Shown: in pieces, positions 15,443 to 28,199 of the stretch | Numbering within the stretch: position 1 is the stretch's first letter | Layout: every line of letters starts with the position of its first letter | Assembly (NCBI GenBank): GCA_942492995.1 | Contig: OW818653.1 | Coordinates: 1,590,001 to 1,622,000, forward strand | Reading direction: 5' to 3' | Length of the DNA: 32,000 nucleotides | Origin: an uncultured Erysipelotrichaceae bacterium | GTDB taxonomy: Bacteria > Bacillota_I > Bacilli_A > Erysipelotrichales > Erysipelotrichaceae | Notes under the pieces: model-generated | What the model was told of the DNA's origin: nothing | Database searches by the model: none | The model's input: the letters and a program-made list of their open reading frames with translations, nothing else | Translations under genes and position numbers: made by a program

Positions 15443-17020
15443 TCATTTCTTTATTACATCAAAAAACTTTTTATCCTCTTCTAATATATGTGTCATTAAA
15501 ACCTTCTCTACTAAATATGACATCAAAGCGCCTAATGATATATCTCCATTTATTGCCTTCTTAACAATGATTTCATATTCAGAAAGAATTCGATGGTGTA
15601 TTGCTCGATGTTCCATATGATCTTTATACTTAAATTTCATCAAAACAGCTTCTTCATGTGTGAAATGATTTTGAATATGTTTATTCATTTTGAAAATATG
15701 ATCACGAATTGTATCAATTGGATACTGATTGACTATAAGGTCATGTAAATGATTAACATATTCTGTTAATAGTTTATGATCATTATCAACTTCTGTATTT
15801 CCAGACTCAAATTCTTTCGACCATATAAATCGACTAAAATGTACCGGTAATTGTTCATCATCTAACCAAGCTATCCATTTATCTCGACCAGTTTGTTTAG
15901 CTTGATATAATGCTAAATCAGCTCGTTTGATCCAATCTTCTTTTGTTTCATCCTTGTCAAATGACGCAACACCGATACTGACTGTAATATTACCAATTTC
16001 CTCAAATTTTGCGTTTCTAAAATTATGACAAATTTTTTCAGCAACGTGAGTCGCTTGCGAATTACTTGTTTCAGGAGTGATAATAATAAACTCTTCTCCG
16101 CCCCATCGATAAACACGATCAGTAGCTCGTACAGAATTTTTAAGGATTTGAGCGGTTTGTTTTAGTACATTATCGCCAACTAAATGTCCAAACGTATCAT
16201 TCACAAGTTTAAATCGATCCAAATCAATCATTAACATCGACATTTTTGAGTTATTTCGATTGGTTGTCGCAATTAAGAACTCAATATCATGCTCAAAATA
16301 ATGTCGGTTTGGTAAATTTGTTAAGTTATCAACAAGTGCCAGTTCACTCAACTCCTCGTTTTTTTGTTGAAGTTTAGCAACTGATTGAGTCGTTTCAAGC
16401 CAAATAAACAATGAAAACCAAATACTTACATTGATTAAAGCGATAATATAGTAAATAGCTGTAGTTAATCCTTGGTCTACTATATATTTATTGTATCCTG
16501 AATTAGATAATGCGAAAAACACACGTGACATCCATATTACTGTACTGATACTCGCAATTATAGAAATTAAATTATGGATGTTCTTTGTCGAACTTCCTTT
16601 GTTTTTATTTATTACAAATAACAAATCAATTAAATTTGCTGCCATCGCAATCGATAATACGATAATTCGATAATTTAAATTAAAATTAATATATGTGAAG
16701 TAGAATAAACACACTAAAACAAAAAATATACTTATCCAGAACCTTTTAACAAAAGGTTTCAACTTATATAAAACCCTAATACCAGCAATAACAAATAATT
16801 GACTCATCATTACTAATGTATTCGTTAAAATGAAATTCACCCAGTCTGGGAATGATTTTTGAAAAAATAACATTATATACGTAATTGCTAAAGTTAAAAA
16901 AGTAAATAAATAATACAATAAATATTCTTCTCTTCGAACTCTATAGATAATTAAAGACATAAAAAAATATACAGAAGTTAATATTACTAAAACGAAGTTT
17001 ACTGTTAGTGCATCAATCAT
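15443..17020 (-). CDS. membrane-bound diguanylate cyclase with C-terminal bacteriohemerythrin domain
   Basis: 525 aa. About 200 aa of polytopic TM N-terminus. GGDEF domain with GGEEF307 and an I-site RATD298 five residues upstream. The C-terminus carries hemerythrin ligand motifs DNDH415, HFTHE (HxxxE), HRAIH (HxxxH) and HILEED (HxxxxD). Confidence 0.85.
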   Translation of the reverse strand: MIDALTVNFVLVILTSVYFFMSLIIYRVRREEYLLYYLFTFLTLAITYIMLFFQKSFPDWVNFILTNTLVMMSQLFVIAGIRVLYKLKPFVKRFWISIFFVLVCLFYFTYINFNLNYRIIVLSIAMAANLIDLLFVINKNKGSSTKNIHNLISIIASISTVIWMSRVFFALSNSGYNKYIVDQGLTTAIYYIIALINVSIWFSLFIWLETTQSVAKLQQKNEELSELALVDNLTNLPNRHYFEHDIEFLIATTNRNNSKMSMLMIDLDRFKLVNDTFGHLVGDNVLKQTAQILKNSVRATDRVYRWGGEEFIIITPETSNSQATHVAEKICHNFRNAKFEEIGNITVSIGVASFDKDETKEDWIKRADLALYQAKQTGRDKWIAWLDDEQLPVHFSRFIWSKEFESGNTEVDNDHKLLTEYVNHLHDLIVNQYPIDTIRDHIFKMNKHIQNHFTHEEAVLMKFKYKDHMEHRAIHHRILSEYEIIVKKAINGDISLGALMSYLVEKVLMTHILEEDKKFFDVIKK

Positions 17021-17040
17021 AGCTACATTATATCAATTAA

Positions 17041-17069
17041 AAGAAAAGTGTCGATTATTCTTCGACACT
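17041..17069 (-). terminator. rho-independent terminator of gyrA (overlaps its stop codon)
   Basis: On the minus strand, AGTGTCGA-AGAATAA-TCGACACT is followed by TTTTCTTTT. Confidence 0.65.
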
Positions 17070-19511
17070 TTCCGTACTTTCTTCTTCAACTTTCTCTACT
17101 ACTGCTACAGTTTGTAAGCTTTGGTCCCCTTGTACATTGATTAAACGTACACCTTGAGTACTTCTACCATAAACTCCTACTGTTTCAAGATTAATTCGGA
17201 TAATGACTCCTTCTGACGTAACCATCAACAAGTCTTCATCTCCACGAACTGCTTTTAGTTCAACTAATGGGCCATTTTTATCTGTAATATTAATGGTTTT
17301 AACGCCTTTAGCTCCACGATTCGTTATACGATATTCTGATAATTCAGATTTCTTACCATATCCATTACGTGTAACGGATAAGATGTATTGACCTTCTTTA
17401 TCAGTCGCTAACCCTACCGCTTCATATCCATCGACATTAAATCCTTTAACACCACTCGCTGTACGTCCCATTGCACGAACATCTTGTTCGTTGAATCGAA
17501 CAGCTTTACCATTTGATCCTGCAATAATTATTTCATCTTGACCTGAAGTCAATTTAACACCAAGTAACTCATCATCATCTTTCAATGTGATCGCAATCTT
17601 ACCTGTTTGACGAATTGATTCGAATTCACTTACATGAACACGTTTTACAAGACCTAACTTCGTCGCGAAGAATAAGAAATTACCTTCATGATCTGGACTA
17701 ATCGATACTAAAGCACGAATCTTTTCATTCTTATCCATATCTAATAAGTTAATTACTGGAATTCCCTTACCAATACGACTCGCTTGAGGTACTCGATAGC
17801 CTTTAATACGATAAACACGTCCTAAGTTCGTAAATAACATCAAGTAATCATGTGAATTCATCGTTAAGAACTGATTAACTACATCATCCTGGTTAACGCT
17901 CATACCCTTAACACCCTTACCACCACGGTTTTGAGTCTTATAAGTATCAATATTTGTACGTTTTATATAACCATTGGTTGTCATCGTAACAACGACATCT
18001 TCTTTTGGAATTAAATCTTCATCTTCCATATCAAAGTCTGATTCAATAATTTCAGATCTACGTTCATCATTAAAACGACGTTTGATTTCCAACATTTCAG
18101 TTTTGATAATATCCACGACACGGTAATGATTTGCTAGAATATCTTGATAATCTTGAATTGATAACATCAATTCTGTATATTCATCTTCAACTTTTTGACG
18201 TTCTAATCCAGTTAAACGACGTAAACGCATTTCAAGAATCGCTTTAGCTTGTATTTCAGTTAACCCGAATTCAACCATTAAACCATTTAATGCGGTAGAA
18301 TCATCTTTACTTGCACGAATTAAACGAATAATCGCATCAATATTATCTAACGCAATACGTAAACCTTCTAAAATATGAGCTCTATCAAGTGCTCTTGTTA
18401 ATTCATATTGAGTTCTTCTACGAATAATCTCAATTTGATGATTAATATAATGTACTAGTATTTCTTTTAGATTTAACAACTTTGGCGCATTATTTACTAA
18501 CGCTAAGTTATTAACTCCAAACGTTGTTTGAAGTGATGTCATACGATAAAGTTGATTTAAAATAACTTCACTTTGTACATCACGTCTTAACTCAATTACT
18601 ACACGTATTCCTTCACGATTGGATTCATCTCTTAAATCAGTAATCCCTTCAATGAGTTTATCTCGCACTAAAGACGCAATCTTTTCGACAAGCGTTGCTT
18701 TATTTACTTGATATGGTATTTCTCTAACTAATAGTAGTTTCTTACCATTCGGTAATTCTTCAGTATCAATCTTTGATCGAATAATAATAGATCCACGACC
18801 TGTCTCAAATGCTTGTTTGATCCCTGCACGACCTAAAATATAAGCTCCGGTAGGGAAATCTGGTCCAAATATATGGTTTTCCATCAATTCTAAGATCGTA
18901 ATTTCAGGATTTTCCATGACTGCGATAGCCGCATCAATTGTTTCTCCTAAATTATGAGGCGCAATATTTGTTGCCATACCAACCGCAATCCCAGTTCCTC
19001 CATTTACGAGAATATTAGGAAAACGTGAAGGCATAACGGTTGGTTCTTTTTCTTCACCATCATAGTTATCTGCGAAATCAATGGTGTCACGATTAATATC
19101 ACGAACCAATTCCATCGCAATCTTAGACATACGTGCTTCAGTATAACGCATCGCCGCAGCCCCATCACCGTCGATAGAACCGAAGTTACCGTGACCCTCA
19201 ACCAACATATAGCGGTACGAGAAATCTTGAGCCATACGAACCATAGACTCGTATACAGCCGAATCACCATGTGGGTGATACTTACCAATGACATCCCCTA
19301 CAATACGTGCTGATTTCTTAAACGGTTTATCAGACACAATCCCTAAGTCATTCATAGAATACATAATTCTACGATGAACAGGTTTTAGTCCATCTCTTAC
19401 ATCTGGTAATGCTCTTTGAACAATAACACTCATCGCATAATCTAAGAATGAGGTTTTCATTTCAGTTGAGATATTTACATGCTTAATACGATCATATAGT
19501 ACTTCTTCCAT
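17055..19511 (-). CDS. gyrA: DNA gyrase subunit A
   Basis: 818 aa. [16 protein letters not shown], active-site Tyr region [11 protein letters not shown] and C-terminal beta-pinwheel repeats. Confidence 0.97.
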   Translation of the reverse strand: MEEVLYDRIKHVNISTEMKTSFLDYAMSVIVQRALPDVRDGLKPVHRRIMYSMNDLGIVSDKPFKKSARIVGDVIGKYHPHGDSAVYESMVRMAQDFSYRYMLVEGHGNFGSIDGDGAAAMRYTEARMSKIAMELVRDINRDTIDFADNYDGEEKEPTVMPSRFPNILVNGGTGIAVGMATNIAPHNLGETIDAAIAVMENPEITILELMENHIFGPDFPTGAYILGRAGIKQAFETGRGSIIIRSKIDTEELPNGKKLLLVREIPYQVNKATLVEKIASLVRDKLIEGITDLRDESNREGIRVVIELRRDVQSEVILNQLYRMTSLQTTFGVNNLALVNNAPKLLNLKEILVHYINHQIEIIRRRTQYELTRALDRAHILEGLRIALDNIDAIIRLIRASKDDSTALNGLMVEFGLTEIQAKAILEMRLRRLTGLERQKVEDEYTELMLSIQDYQDILANHYRVVDIIKTEMLEIKRRFNDERRSEIIESDFDMEDEDLIPKEDVVVTMTTNGYIKRTNIDTYKTQNRGGKGVKGMSVNQDDVVNQFLTMNSHDYLMLFTNLGRVYRIKGYRVPQASRIGKGIPVINLLDMDKNEKIRALVSISPDHEGNFLFFATKLGLVKRVHVSEFESIRQTGKIAITLKDDDELLGVKLTSGQDEIIIAGSNGKAVRFNEQDVRAMGRTASGVKGFNVDGYEAVGLATDKEGQYILSVTRNGYGKKSELSEYRITNRGAKGVKTINITDKNGPLVELKAVRGDEDLLMVTSEGVIIRINLETVGVYGRSTQGVRLINVQGDQSLQTVAVVEKVEEESTESVEE

Positions 19512-19523
19512 GTTTTCTCCCTC

Positions 19524-22535
<3,012 letters not shown>

Positions 22536-22539
<4 letters not shown>

Positions 22540-22739
22540 TGGTCAATGGTATACGATTTTCCTTCAATATCAATCACATCTGCCGGATATAATTTACGAC
22601 CTCTACGGTCCTCTTTTTCTCCATTAACTTTGATTTTTAACGTTTTAACCGCAACCTTAGCTTGACCACCAGAATCAATCCAATCCGTCATCTTCAACAG
22701 CTGTCCAAGCGTTATATAAGGCGTTGAAATGCGAATCAT
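22536..22739 (-). CDS. yaaA: S4-domain RNA-binding protein YaaA
   Basis: 67 aa from ATG 22739 (GAAGGG RBS), reading MIRISTPYITLGQLLK... Its position between dnaN and recF is conserved. Confidence 0.85.
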
Positions 22740-22773
22740 TTTTAACCCTTCTTTCATGTTCAAATACCCATAA

Positions 22774-22782
22774 ATTATACCA
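22774..22782 (-). promoter_or_regulatory. extended -10 promoter element for yaaA-recF-gyrBA
   Basis: Minus strand reads TGGTATAAT, directly after the dnaN terminator. Confidence 0.5.
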
Positions 22783-22783
22783 T

Positions 22784-22809
22784 AAAAACACCCTAATTGT
22801 TAGGGTGTT
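22784..22809 (-). terminator. rho-independent terminator after dnaN
   Basis: On the minus strand, AACACCCTAA-CAA-TTAGGGTGTT is followed by TTTAT. Confidence 0.7.
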
Positions 22810-22817
22810 GTGTACGA

Positions 22818-23939
22818 TTATGAATAGGTTCTAACCGGTAAAATCAATTGTAGAATTGACTCATCATCTACATTTCGGATAATGAATGGTTTCATCTCTC
22901 CGCTAAATTCTAACTTCACAACTGATCCATTTAAAACACGTACTGCATCAAACACATAACGACCACTAAAGGATATTTCCAAAGGACTTCCTTTATAATT
23001 TATTGTTGTTAATTTTTCGATTGAAGAACCAACTTCTTGTGATTTAGTACTAATCACAACTTCATTTTGATTCGCACTTAATTTAACAATAGATATACCT
23101 TCACTCTTAATAAATGAAGCTCTATCAATCGCATTTAGAATATCACGTGCATCAAGTGTCAACTCATACATAAATTCAGTTGGAATTAAACGACTCGTTT
23201 CAGGATATAAACCATCAATCAAACGCGTTTGAATAACAGTATTATCAATCCAGAATTGAGCCTTCTTATCACTTACACAAATTAATACTTTTTCATCACG
23301 TTCCAATGTCTTCGCAACTTCACCTAAACTCTTAGCTGGAATTGTAATATTGAATTGATTATTACTTTCAACTTTTACAGCTTTCTTCGCTAATCTAAAA
23401 CTATCTGTCGCAACACATTCCAATTGATTTCCTTCACACTTGAAATTTACACCCGTTAATACTGGACGAGTTTCTTTATCGCTTGTCGCAAAACTTGTTT
23501 GCGTAATTATTTTAAGCAATACATCCGCATCAATTTCAAATTGTTTCGTCGGCATAGAGAAATCAATTGATGGATAATCAGAAGACTTCATACCATTAAT
23601 ATTAAATTCAGCAGAATGACCACTAATTTTTGTGAGAGATCCATCCACAACTTCAACGATTAATTCATCCGCATCAATCTTACGAACGATTTCAAGGATG
23701 TATTTAGCTTCGATGACAATTGAACCTTCATCTTTGATTTCAAAAAAAGCATCTTGCTTATCTGCTTTAATGACTTTTTGAATTGAAACGTCAGAATCAC
23801 TTCCAGTTAAAATTAATTCATTGTTCTTCGCTTCAATCTTTATTCCAGATAACCATGGCAACGGTGAATTCGATGAGATGGCTCTTGAGACAATCGACAA
23901 GGCATTGAAGAAGACTCTTTTTGATATTCTGAAATTCAT
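22818..23939 (-). CDS. dnaN: DNA polymerase III beta sliding clamp
   Basis: 373 aa with three-domain clamp length. Sits immediately downstream of dnaA. AAAGGAGG RBS. C-terminal LILPVRTY. Confidence 0.95.
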   Translation of the reverse strand: MNFRISKRVFFNALSIVSRAISSNSPLPWLSGIKIEAKNNELILTGSDSDVSIQKVIKADKQDAFFEIKDEGSIVIEAKYILEIVRKIDADELIVEVVDGSLTKISGHSAEFNINGMKSSDYPSIDFSMPTKQFEIDADVLLKIITQTSFATSDKETRPVLTGVNFKCEGNQLECVATDSFRLAKKAVKVESNNQFNITIPAKSLGEVAKTLERDEKVLICVSDKKAQFWIDNTVIQTRLIDGLYPETSRLIPTEFMYELTLDARDILNAIDRASFIKSEGISIVKLSANQNEVVISTKSQEVGSSIEKLTTINYKGSPLEISFSGRYVFDAVRVLNGSVVKLEFSGEMKPFIIRNVDDESILQLILPVRTYS

Positions 23940-24083
23940 AAGCTAAACCTCCTTTAGTATCTTTAGAGAATTATTATTATTAAGGCTGTTGATAAGTGGA
24001 TAAACCATAAAATATCCTTTATATACAATGATATTTTAACATTTTTATGTGTTAATTAAAAGTGAATAGATGTGTATAACTTT
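23940..24083 (-). other. oriC part II (dnaA-dnaN spacer): DnaA boxes plus a trinucleotide run
   Basis: Minus-strand boxes: TTATACACA (24079-24071) and the tandem TTATCCACT/TTATCAACA (24003-23987). These are followed by GCCT and then (TAA)4 at 23983-23972. AT-rich flanks. Confidence 0.6.
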
Positions 24084-25433
24084 TTAATTATTAATTAATT
24101 TTTCTAACTCAACGAGAGCTTGTTTATAATTAATGTCAGATTTAGAATTTCGTTCAACTTTTTCGCAAGCATTCATTACTGTAGAATGATCTCTTTTACC
24201 AAATTCTTCACCAATTTTAGAGAATGGAAGATCTAAACACTTACGGCAGAAATACATTGCGATATGCCGAGCAGTTGCGATATTCTTCGTACGTGTATTA
24301 GAAGAAAGTTGTTGGCGAGTCAGTCCATAATAATCAGATACGACGCGTTTTATCTTATTTACAGATAATTCGTTCTTATCCGTTGAACTATTGCCTTTAA
24401 ATGCGGCTAAAGCAACTTTAAAATCAATTCTTTCACTTCCACTAAAGTTTATGGAATAGAAAAGTAAACGATTTAAAGCTCCTTCCAATTTTCGTACGTC
24501 TTTATTGAAATTTGTCGCGATATAATTTAAAACTTCATCATCAATTGTAGACGCATCAACGGATTGGTACTCTAGTCTAAATTTTAAGATAGCTAATGCA
24601 GTCTCAAACTCAGGAGAATCCATCCCAACAGATAAGCCTGATGAGAAACGGCTAATTAAACGATCTTCTAATCCCTTAATTTCTGAAGGATTACGATCAC
24701 TCGTTAATACAATTTGTTTCTTATTGTTCACTAATTCATTGAAAATATTGAAGAAAACTTCATGTGATTTCTCTTTACCAGCAATAAATTGAATATCATC
24801 CATCAATAAGACATCTAAATGATTCATTTTTTCTTTAAATTTCTCAATTGAGTTATCTTTTATCGAATTAACAACAGATGTCACAAAATCAGTACTCGAT
24901 GTATAGAATACTTTCTTATTTGGATCATTCTGTTTAATATAATTTCCAATAGAATTAAGTAAATGTGTTTTACCTAAACCAGAGTTACCATAGATAAATA
25001 AAGGTGTATAGAATTTACCAGGCGTATATGCACAAGCTAAAGATGCAGAATGAGCTTCTTTATTACTTGGACCGACGATAAAATTCTCAAATGTATATTC
25101 AGGCATTACGCGATCATCTTCGATAATAGCCTCTTCCACAACTTTGATGTCTGTATTTTTTGATGACAAATCATTCTCTAAATGCACTTCACAATTAACT
25201 GCATGATTTAAAATCGAACTTAAAACAGTTCCGATTAAATGAAGTTTTTGAGACAAAATCATTTTTTGAAGATTTGTTGGTACTGCAATAATGGCTTTTT
25301 CTTCATTTAAGAAGACTAAATTAGACTCTTCAAAGTAGGTTTCGTAAACCAACTTGCCAATAGAAGAATCTTCTCTGAGTAAGTTTTTAGCTTTTGCCCA
25401 AAGATCGTTATAGAAATATTCTACCCCTGTCAT
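24084..25433 (-). CDS. dnaA: chromosomal replication initiator DnaA
   Basis: 449 aa. Walker A GNSGLGKTHL, Walker B LLMDDIQF and a C-terminal box-binding HTH region IGEEFGKRDHSTVMNACEKV. Confidence 0.97.
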   Translation of the reverse strand: MTGVEYFYNDLWAKAKNLLREDSSIGKLVYETYFEESNLVFLNEEKAIIAVPTNLQKMILSQKLHLIGTVLSSILNHAVNCEVHLENDLSSKNTDIKVVEEAIIEDDRVMPEYTFENFIVGPSNKEAHSASLACAYTPGKFYTPLFIYGNSGLGKTHLLNSIGNYIKQNDPNKKVFYTSSTDFVTSVVNSIKDNSIEKFKEKMNHLDVLLMDDIQFIAGKEKSHEVFFNIFNELVNNKKQIVLTSDRNPSEIKGLEDRLISRFSSGLSVGMDSPEFETALAILKFRLEYQSVDASTIDDEVLNYIATNFNKDVRKLEGALNRLLFYSINFSGSERIDFKVALAAFKGNSSTDKNELSVNKIKRVVSDYYGLTRQQLSSNTRTKNIATARHIAMYFCRKCLDLPFSKIGEEFGKRDHSTVMNACEKVERNSKSDINYKQALVELEKLINN

Positions 25434-26040
25434 ACTTTAACCTCTTCTAGTGTTATCATTTTACCCCTGTAATGTAGTCATTTCTAGCACAAAATAACTA
25501 CCCACAGATTTATACACAGTTGTAACATCAATAATAGCTTTTAAATAAAGAGAATTAAAGAGTTTTCCACAATTATCCACATCTTTTTAAAAGAGATAAA
25601 TTGTTGAAAAGTTATAAACATTTTATTCACTGTGTAGAAATGTGGAGAACTTGTCTATAAAAACACATTGTTCACAAGTTATTAACAGTCAATACGCCTT
25701 ATGAGTAAAGGGTTTTAGTGGTTTTTCCACAATTCCACAATTCGGTGTATAACTATGATTAAAAACTGTGGTTAAAACTGTGAGTTATCAACATTTCATG
25801 ATTGGGGATAACTGTTGAAAATTTTACATTTGTACACATATGCACACTATTGGTTGAAAACGCATACAGTAACCTTACAAATTCGGCTAAAGTTGTTATA
25901 AAGTTATTAATATTCCTTATATATATGTAAAATATATTATCGATAATTGATTTGAAAATAGATTATCTTAGTAATAAAATAAGATAAATAGACAAAACTT
26001 CGGTGATTATTGGCATTATTTTAATAAAAAGAATAGTTTT
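25434..26040. other. oriC part I / dnaA control region: DnaA-box cluster and AT-rich tract
   Basis: One perfect TTATCCACA (25573-25581). Seven one-mismatch boxes at 25510, 25563, 25641(rc), 25723, 25767(rc), 25785 and 25803(rc). A very AT-rich stretch spans about 25900-26040. Confidence 0.85.
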
Positions 26041-26041
26041 A

Positions 26042-26070
26042 TTGACTTATAACACTTCTTTCGTTATAAT
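26042..26070 (+). promoter_or_regulatory. sigma-A promoter of rpmH
   Basis: TTGACT, a 17-nt spacer, then TATAAT. A GGAGGTG RBS lies at 26107-26113. Confidence 0.7.
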
Positions 26071-26119
26071 CTAGAGGCAATTGTTCAATTTGTATCAACA
26101 AGAAGTGGAGGTGGCTCAT

Positions 26120-26254
26120 ATGAAAAGAACTTATCAGCCGAGCAAACGAAAACACCAAAAGGTCCACGGTTTCCGCGCTAGAATGAAAACGGTCGGCGGC
26201 CGTAAAGTTTTAGCAAGACGTCGTGCTAAAGGCAGAGAGGTTTTGTCGGCATAA
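26120..26254 (+). CDS. rpmH: 50S ribosomal protein L34
   Basis: Not in the ORF track (too short). Translation by eye gives [44 protein letters not shown] followed by TAA. Confidence 0.97.
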   Translation: MKRTYQPSKRKHQKVHGFRARMKTVGGRKVLARRRAKGREVLSA

Positions 26255-26255
26255 A

Positions 26256-26279
26256 AGTCACCTAATGGTGACTTTTTTT
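26256..26279 (+). terminator. hairpin plus T7 between rpmH and rnpA (partial terminator/attenuator)
   Basis: AGTCACC-TAAT-GGTGACT followed by TTTTTT. rnpA starts 8 nt later. Confidence 0.65.
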
Positions 26280-26286
26280 ATCTTTT

Positions 26287-26658
26287 ATGAAGAAAATAAA
26301 TCGTGTTACGAAAAATGAAGAATTCCAAAAGATTATCCAAACAAAAAAATTTGTTTCCAATCCGTCTTTTACTGTGTATTATGTACCTAGAAAAAGAGAG
26401 AACAGTCGTATTGGAATTTCTGTAAGTCGTAAATTAGGAACTGCCGTTGATCGAAATTTGATAAAACGACAAGTCAGAATGATGTGTATTAAAATAACAG
26501 AATTTAAAGAAAACTTCGATTGTGTTATTATGGTTAGGAATGGTTATAAAAATTACCATTATGAGGTGAATAACGACGCCTTAAATCAGTGTTTTATCAA
26601 AATTAAATCAAAGGCTAAATCCAGCCTTATAGGAGATTTGAATGAAAAAGTTGTTTAA
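26287..26658 (+). CDS. rnpA: ribonuclease P protein component
   Basis: 123 aa, basic. Contains RIGISVSRKLGTAVDRNLIKRQVR (RNR-type motif). Sits in the rpmH-rnpA-yidC order. Confidence 0.92.
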   Translation: MKKINRVTKNEEFQKIIQTKKFVSNPSFTVYYVPRKRENSRIGISVSRKLGTAVDRNLIKRQVRMMCIKITEFKENFDCVIMVRNGYKNYHYEVNNDALNQCFIKIKSKAKSSLIGDLNEKVV

Positions 26659-27535
26659 AAATAAAAAACTATGGCTAGCACTTGGGTTGTTAATTACACT
26701 CACGGCTTGTACAAATGTTATTGATCCGGAAACTAAATTGATTATGCCGGACAAGATTATTCATCTTACGACTACGATAGGTGATATCTTAGCGAATGAA
26801 AGCTGGTTCTCTGCGTTCTTCGTTTATCCGATTTCACAAGCGATTAACTTTATTAGTCAATACACTGGTGTAGTATTATCAATTATCATCGTTACGATCT
26901 TAATTAAATTACTAACATTAAGTTTTACGATTAAATCAACTGTAGCTTCTCAAAAACTACAAGTTATTAATCCTGAACTTAAAGCAATTCAAGACAAGTA
27001 TGCTGGTAAAACAGATAACCAATCAAAAATGAAGATGAGTCAAGAGATGCAAGCTCTATACTCAAAACACAATATTAATCCATTAGGATCAATCGTTGTT
27101 ATGTTTATTCAGTTCCCAGTTATTATCGCAATGTACCAAGCGGTTCAACGTGCTGCGGCTGTCGTAAATGGTTCAGTATTTGGAACTAGCTTACAAACGA
27201 CACCAATGGGTGCTTTCCAACAAGGTGTTTACTTATTCGTTGCGATTTACGTATTAATGGGTGTGTTCCAATTCATCTCAATGAAGTTACCAATGTATCT
27301 TCAAAAGAAATTGGCTCCAGTTAAAGAAAAGAAACATCCTCATGATTCTAAGAAATCTTCAGGTCCTAACATGGAAATGATGATGTATGTATCATTAGTA
27401 ATGATTTTAGGTATTGCGATTAGTTGGCCAACTGCGATGTCACTTTATTGGTTAGTCACATCATTAGCTCAAGTAGCTCAAACTGTATTCATCCAATTTA
27501 AGTACATTACACCTAAATCAGCCGTGGGTAACTAA
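26642..27535 (+). CDS. yidC: membrane protein insertase YidC (lipoprotein type)
   Basis: 297 aa. Lipobox LLITLTAC, a YidC/Oxa1 core with five TM helices, and an AGGAGA RBS. Confidence 0.92.
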   Translation: MKKLFKNKKLWLALGLLITLTACTNVIDPETKLIMPDKIIHLTTTIGDILANESWFSAFFVYPISQAINFISQYTGVVLSIIIVTILIKLLTLSFTIKSTVASQKLQVINPELKAIQDKYAGKTDNQSKMKMSQEMQALYSKHNINPLGSIVVMFIQFPVIIAMYQAVQRAAAVVNGSVFGTSLQTTPMGAFQQGVYLFVAIYVLMGVFQFISMKLPMYLQKKLAPVKEKKHPHDSKKSSGPNMEMMMYVSLVMILGIAISWPTAMSLYWLVTSLAQVAQTVFIQFKYITPKSAVGN

Positions 27536-27536
27536 T

Positions 27537-28151
27537 ATGAAGCTTTATGTAGGAAAGAATTTAGATGATTGTTTAAATCAAGCCTCCAAAGAAAAAGCTG
27601 TACCGGTTGCGGATCTTACATATTTTATTAAAGAAGAAAAAACAGGTTTCTTAGGGTTTGGTAATCAAACAACTGCAGAAATCTATGCGATAACAGATGT
27701 CTTAGACTTCTTACACAGTTATATTTCAAAATTCTTTAAGAATATTGATTTAGCAATTGAAGTAACAGTTGGACAAGACGCTGAAGGATTAAAGGTTATG
27801 TTAAATGCGGAAAACAATGCGATTCTCATTGGTAAAGCAGGACAAACCTTACATTCATTGAATACCGTGGTTCGTAGTGCAGTGAACTCAGAGTTCAGAC
27901 GTCATTTCAATATTCTTGTCGATATCAACAACTACAAGACAGATCGTTATGATAAAGTAATCGCAATGGCAAGTCGTATTGCGAAAACAGTATTACGTAC
28001 AAAAATATCCGCTACGCTTGATCCACTTCCAAATGATGAACGTAAAGTCATTCACCAGTATTTAAGTGAAATGAAAAACATTCGTACTGAGAGTGTTGGC
28101 GAACGTAACGAAAGACGTTTAAAGATTATTTATGATAAAAATAAAGCTTAG
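27537..28151 (+). CDS. jag: Jag/KhpB RNA-binding protein (Jag_N-KH-R3H)
   Basis: 204 aa. KH-like GKAGQTLHSLN and R3H-like ERKVIHQYL. Conserved position after yidC. Confidence 0.88.
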   Translation: MKLYVGKNLDDCLNQASKEKAVPVADLTYFIKEEKTGFLGFGNQTTAEIYAITDVLDFLHSYISKFFKNIDLAIEVTVGQDAEGLKVMLNAENNAILIGKAGQTLHSLNTVVRSAVNSEFRRHFNILVDINNYKTDRYDKVIAMASRIAKTVLRTKISATLDPLPNDERKVIHQYLSEMKNIRTESVGERNERRLKIIYDKNKA

Positions 28152-28167
28152 GTCACTAAGCTTTTTT
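28143..28167 (+). terminator. rho-independent terminator overlapping the jag stop codon
   Basis: AAAGCTTAG-GTCA-CTAAGCTTT followed by TTT. Confidence 0.65.
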
Positions 28168-28199
28168 AATCCAAGATAGGCTGGTGTATAATAATGAAG

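Noticed and set aside
15913-16673. 67-aa and 60-aa ORFs inside the diguanylate cyclase gene
   Set aside because: Both are contained within the GGDEF/TM coding frame and have no independent support.
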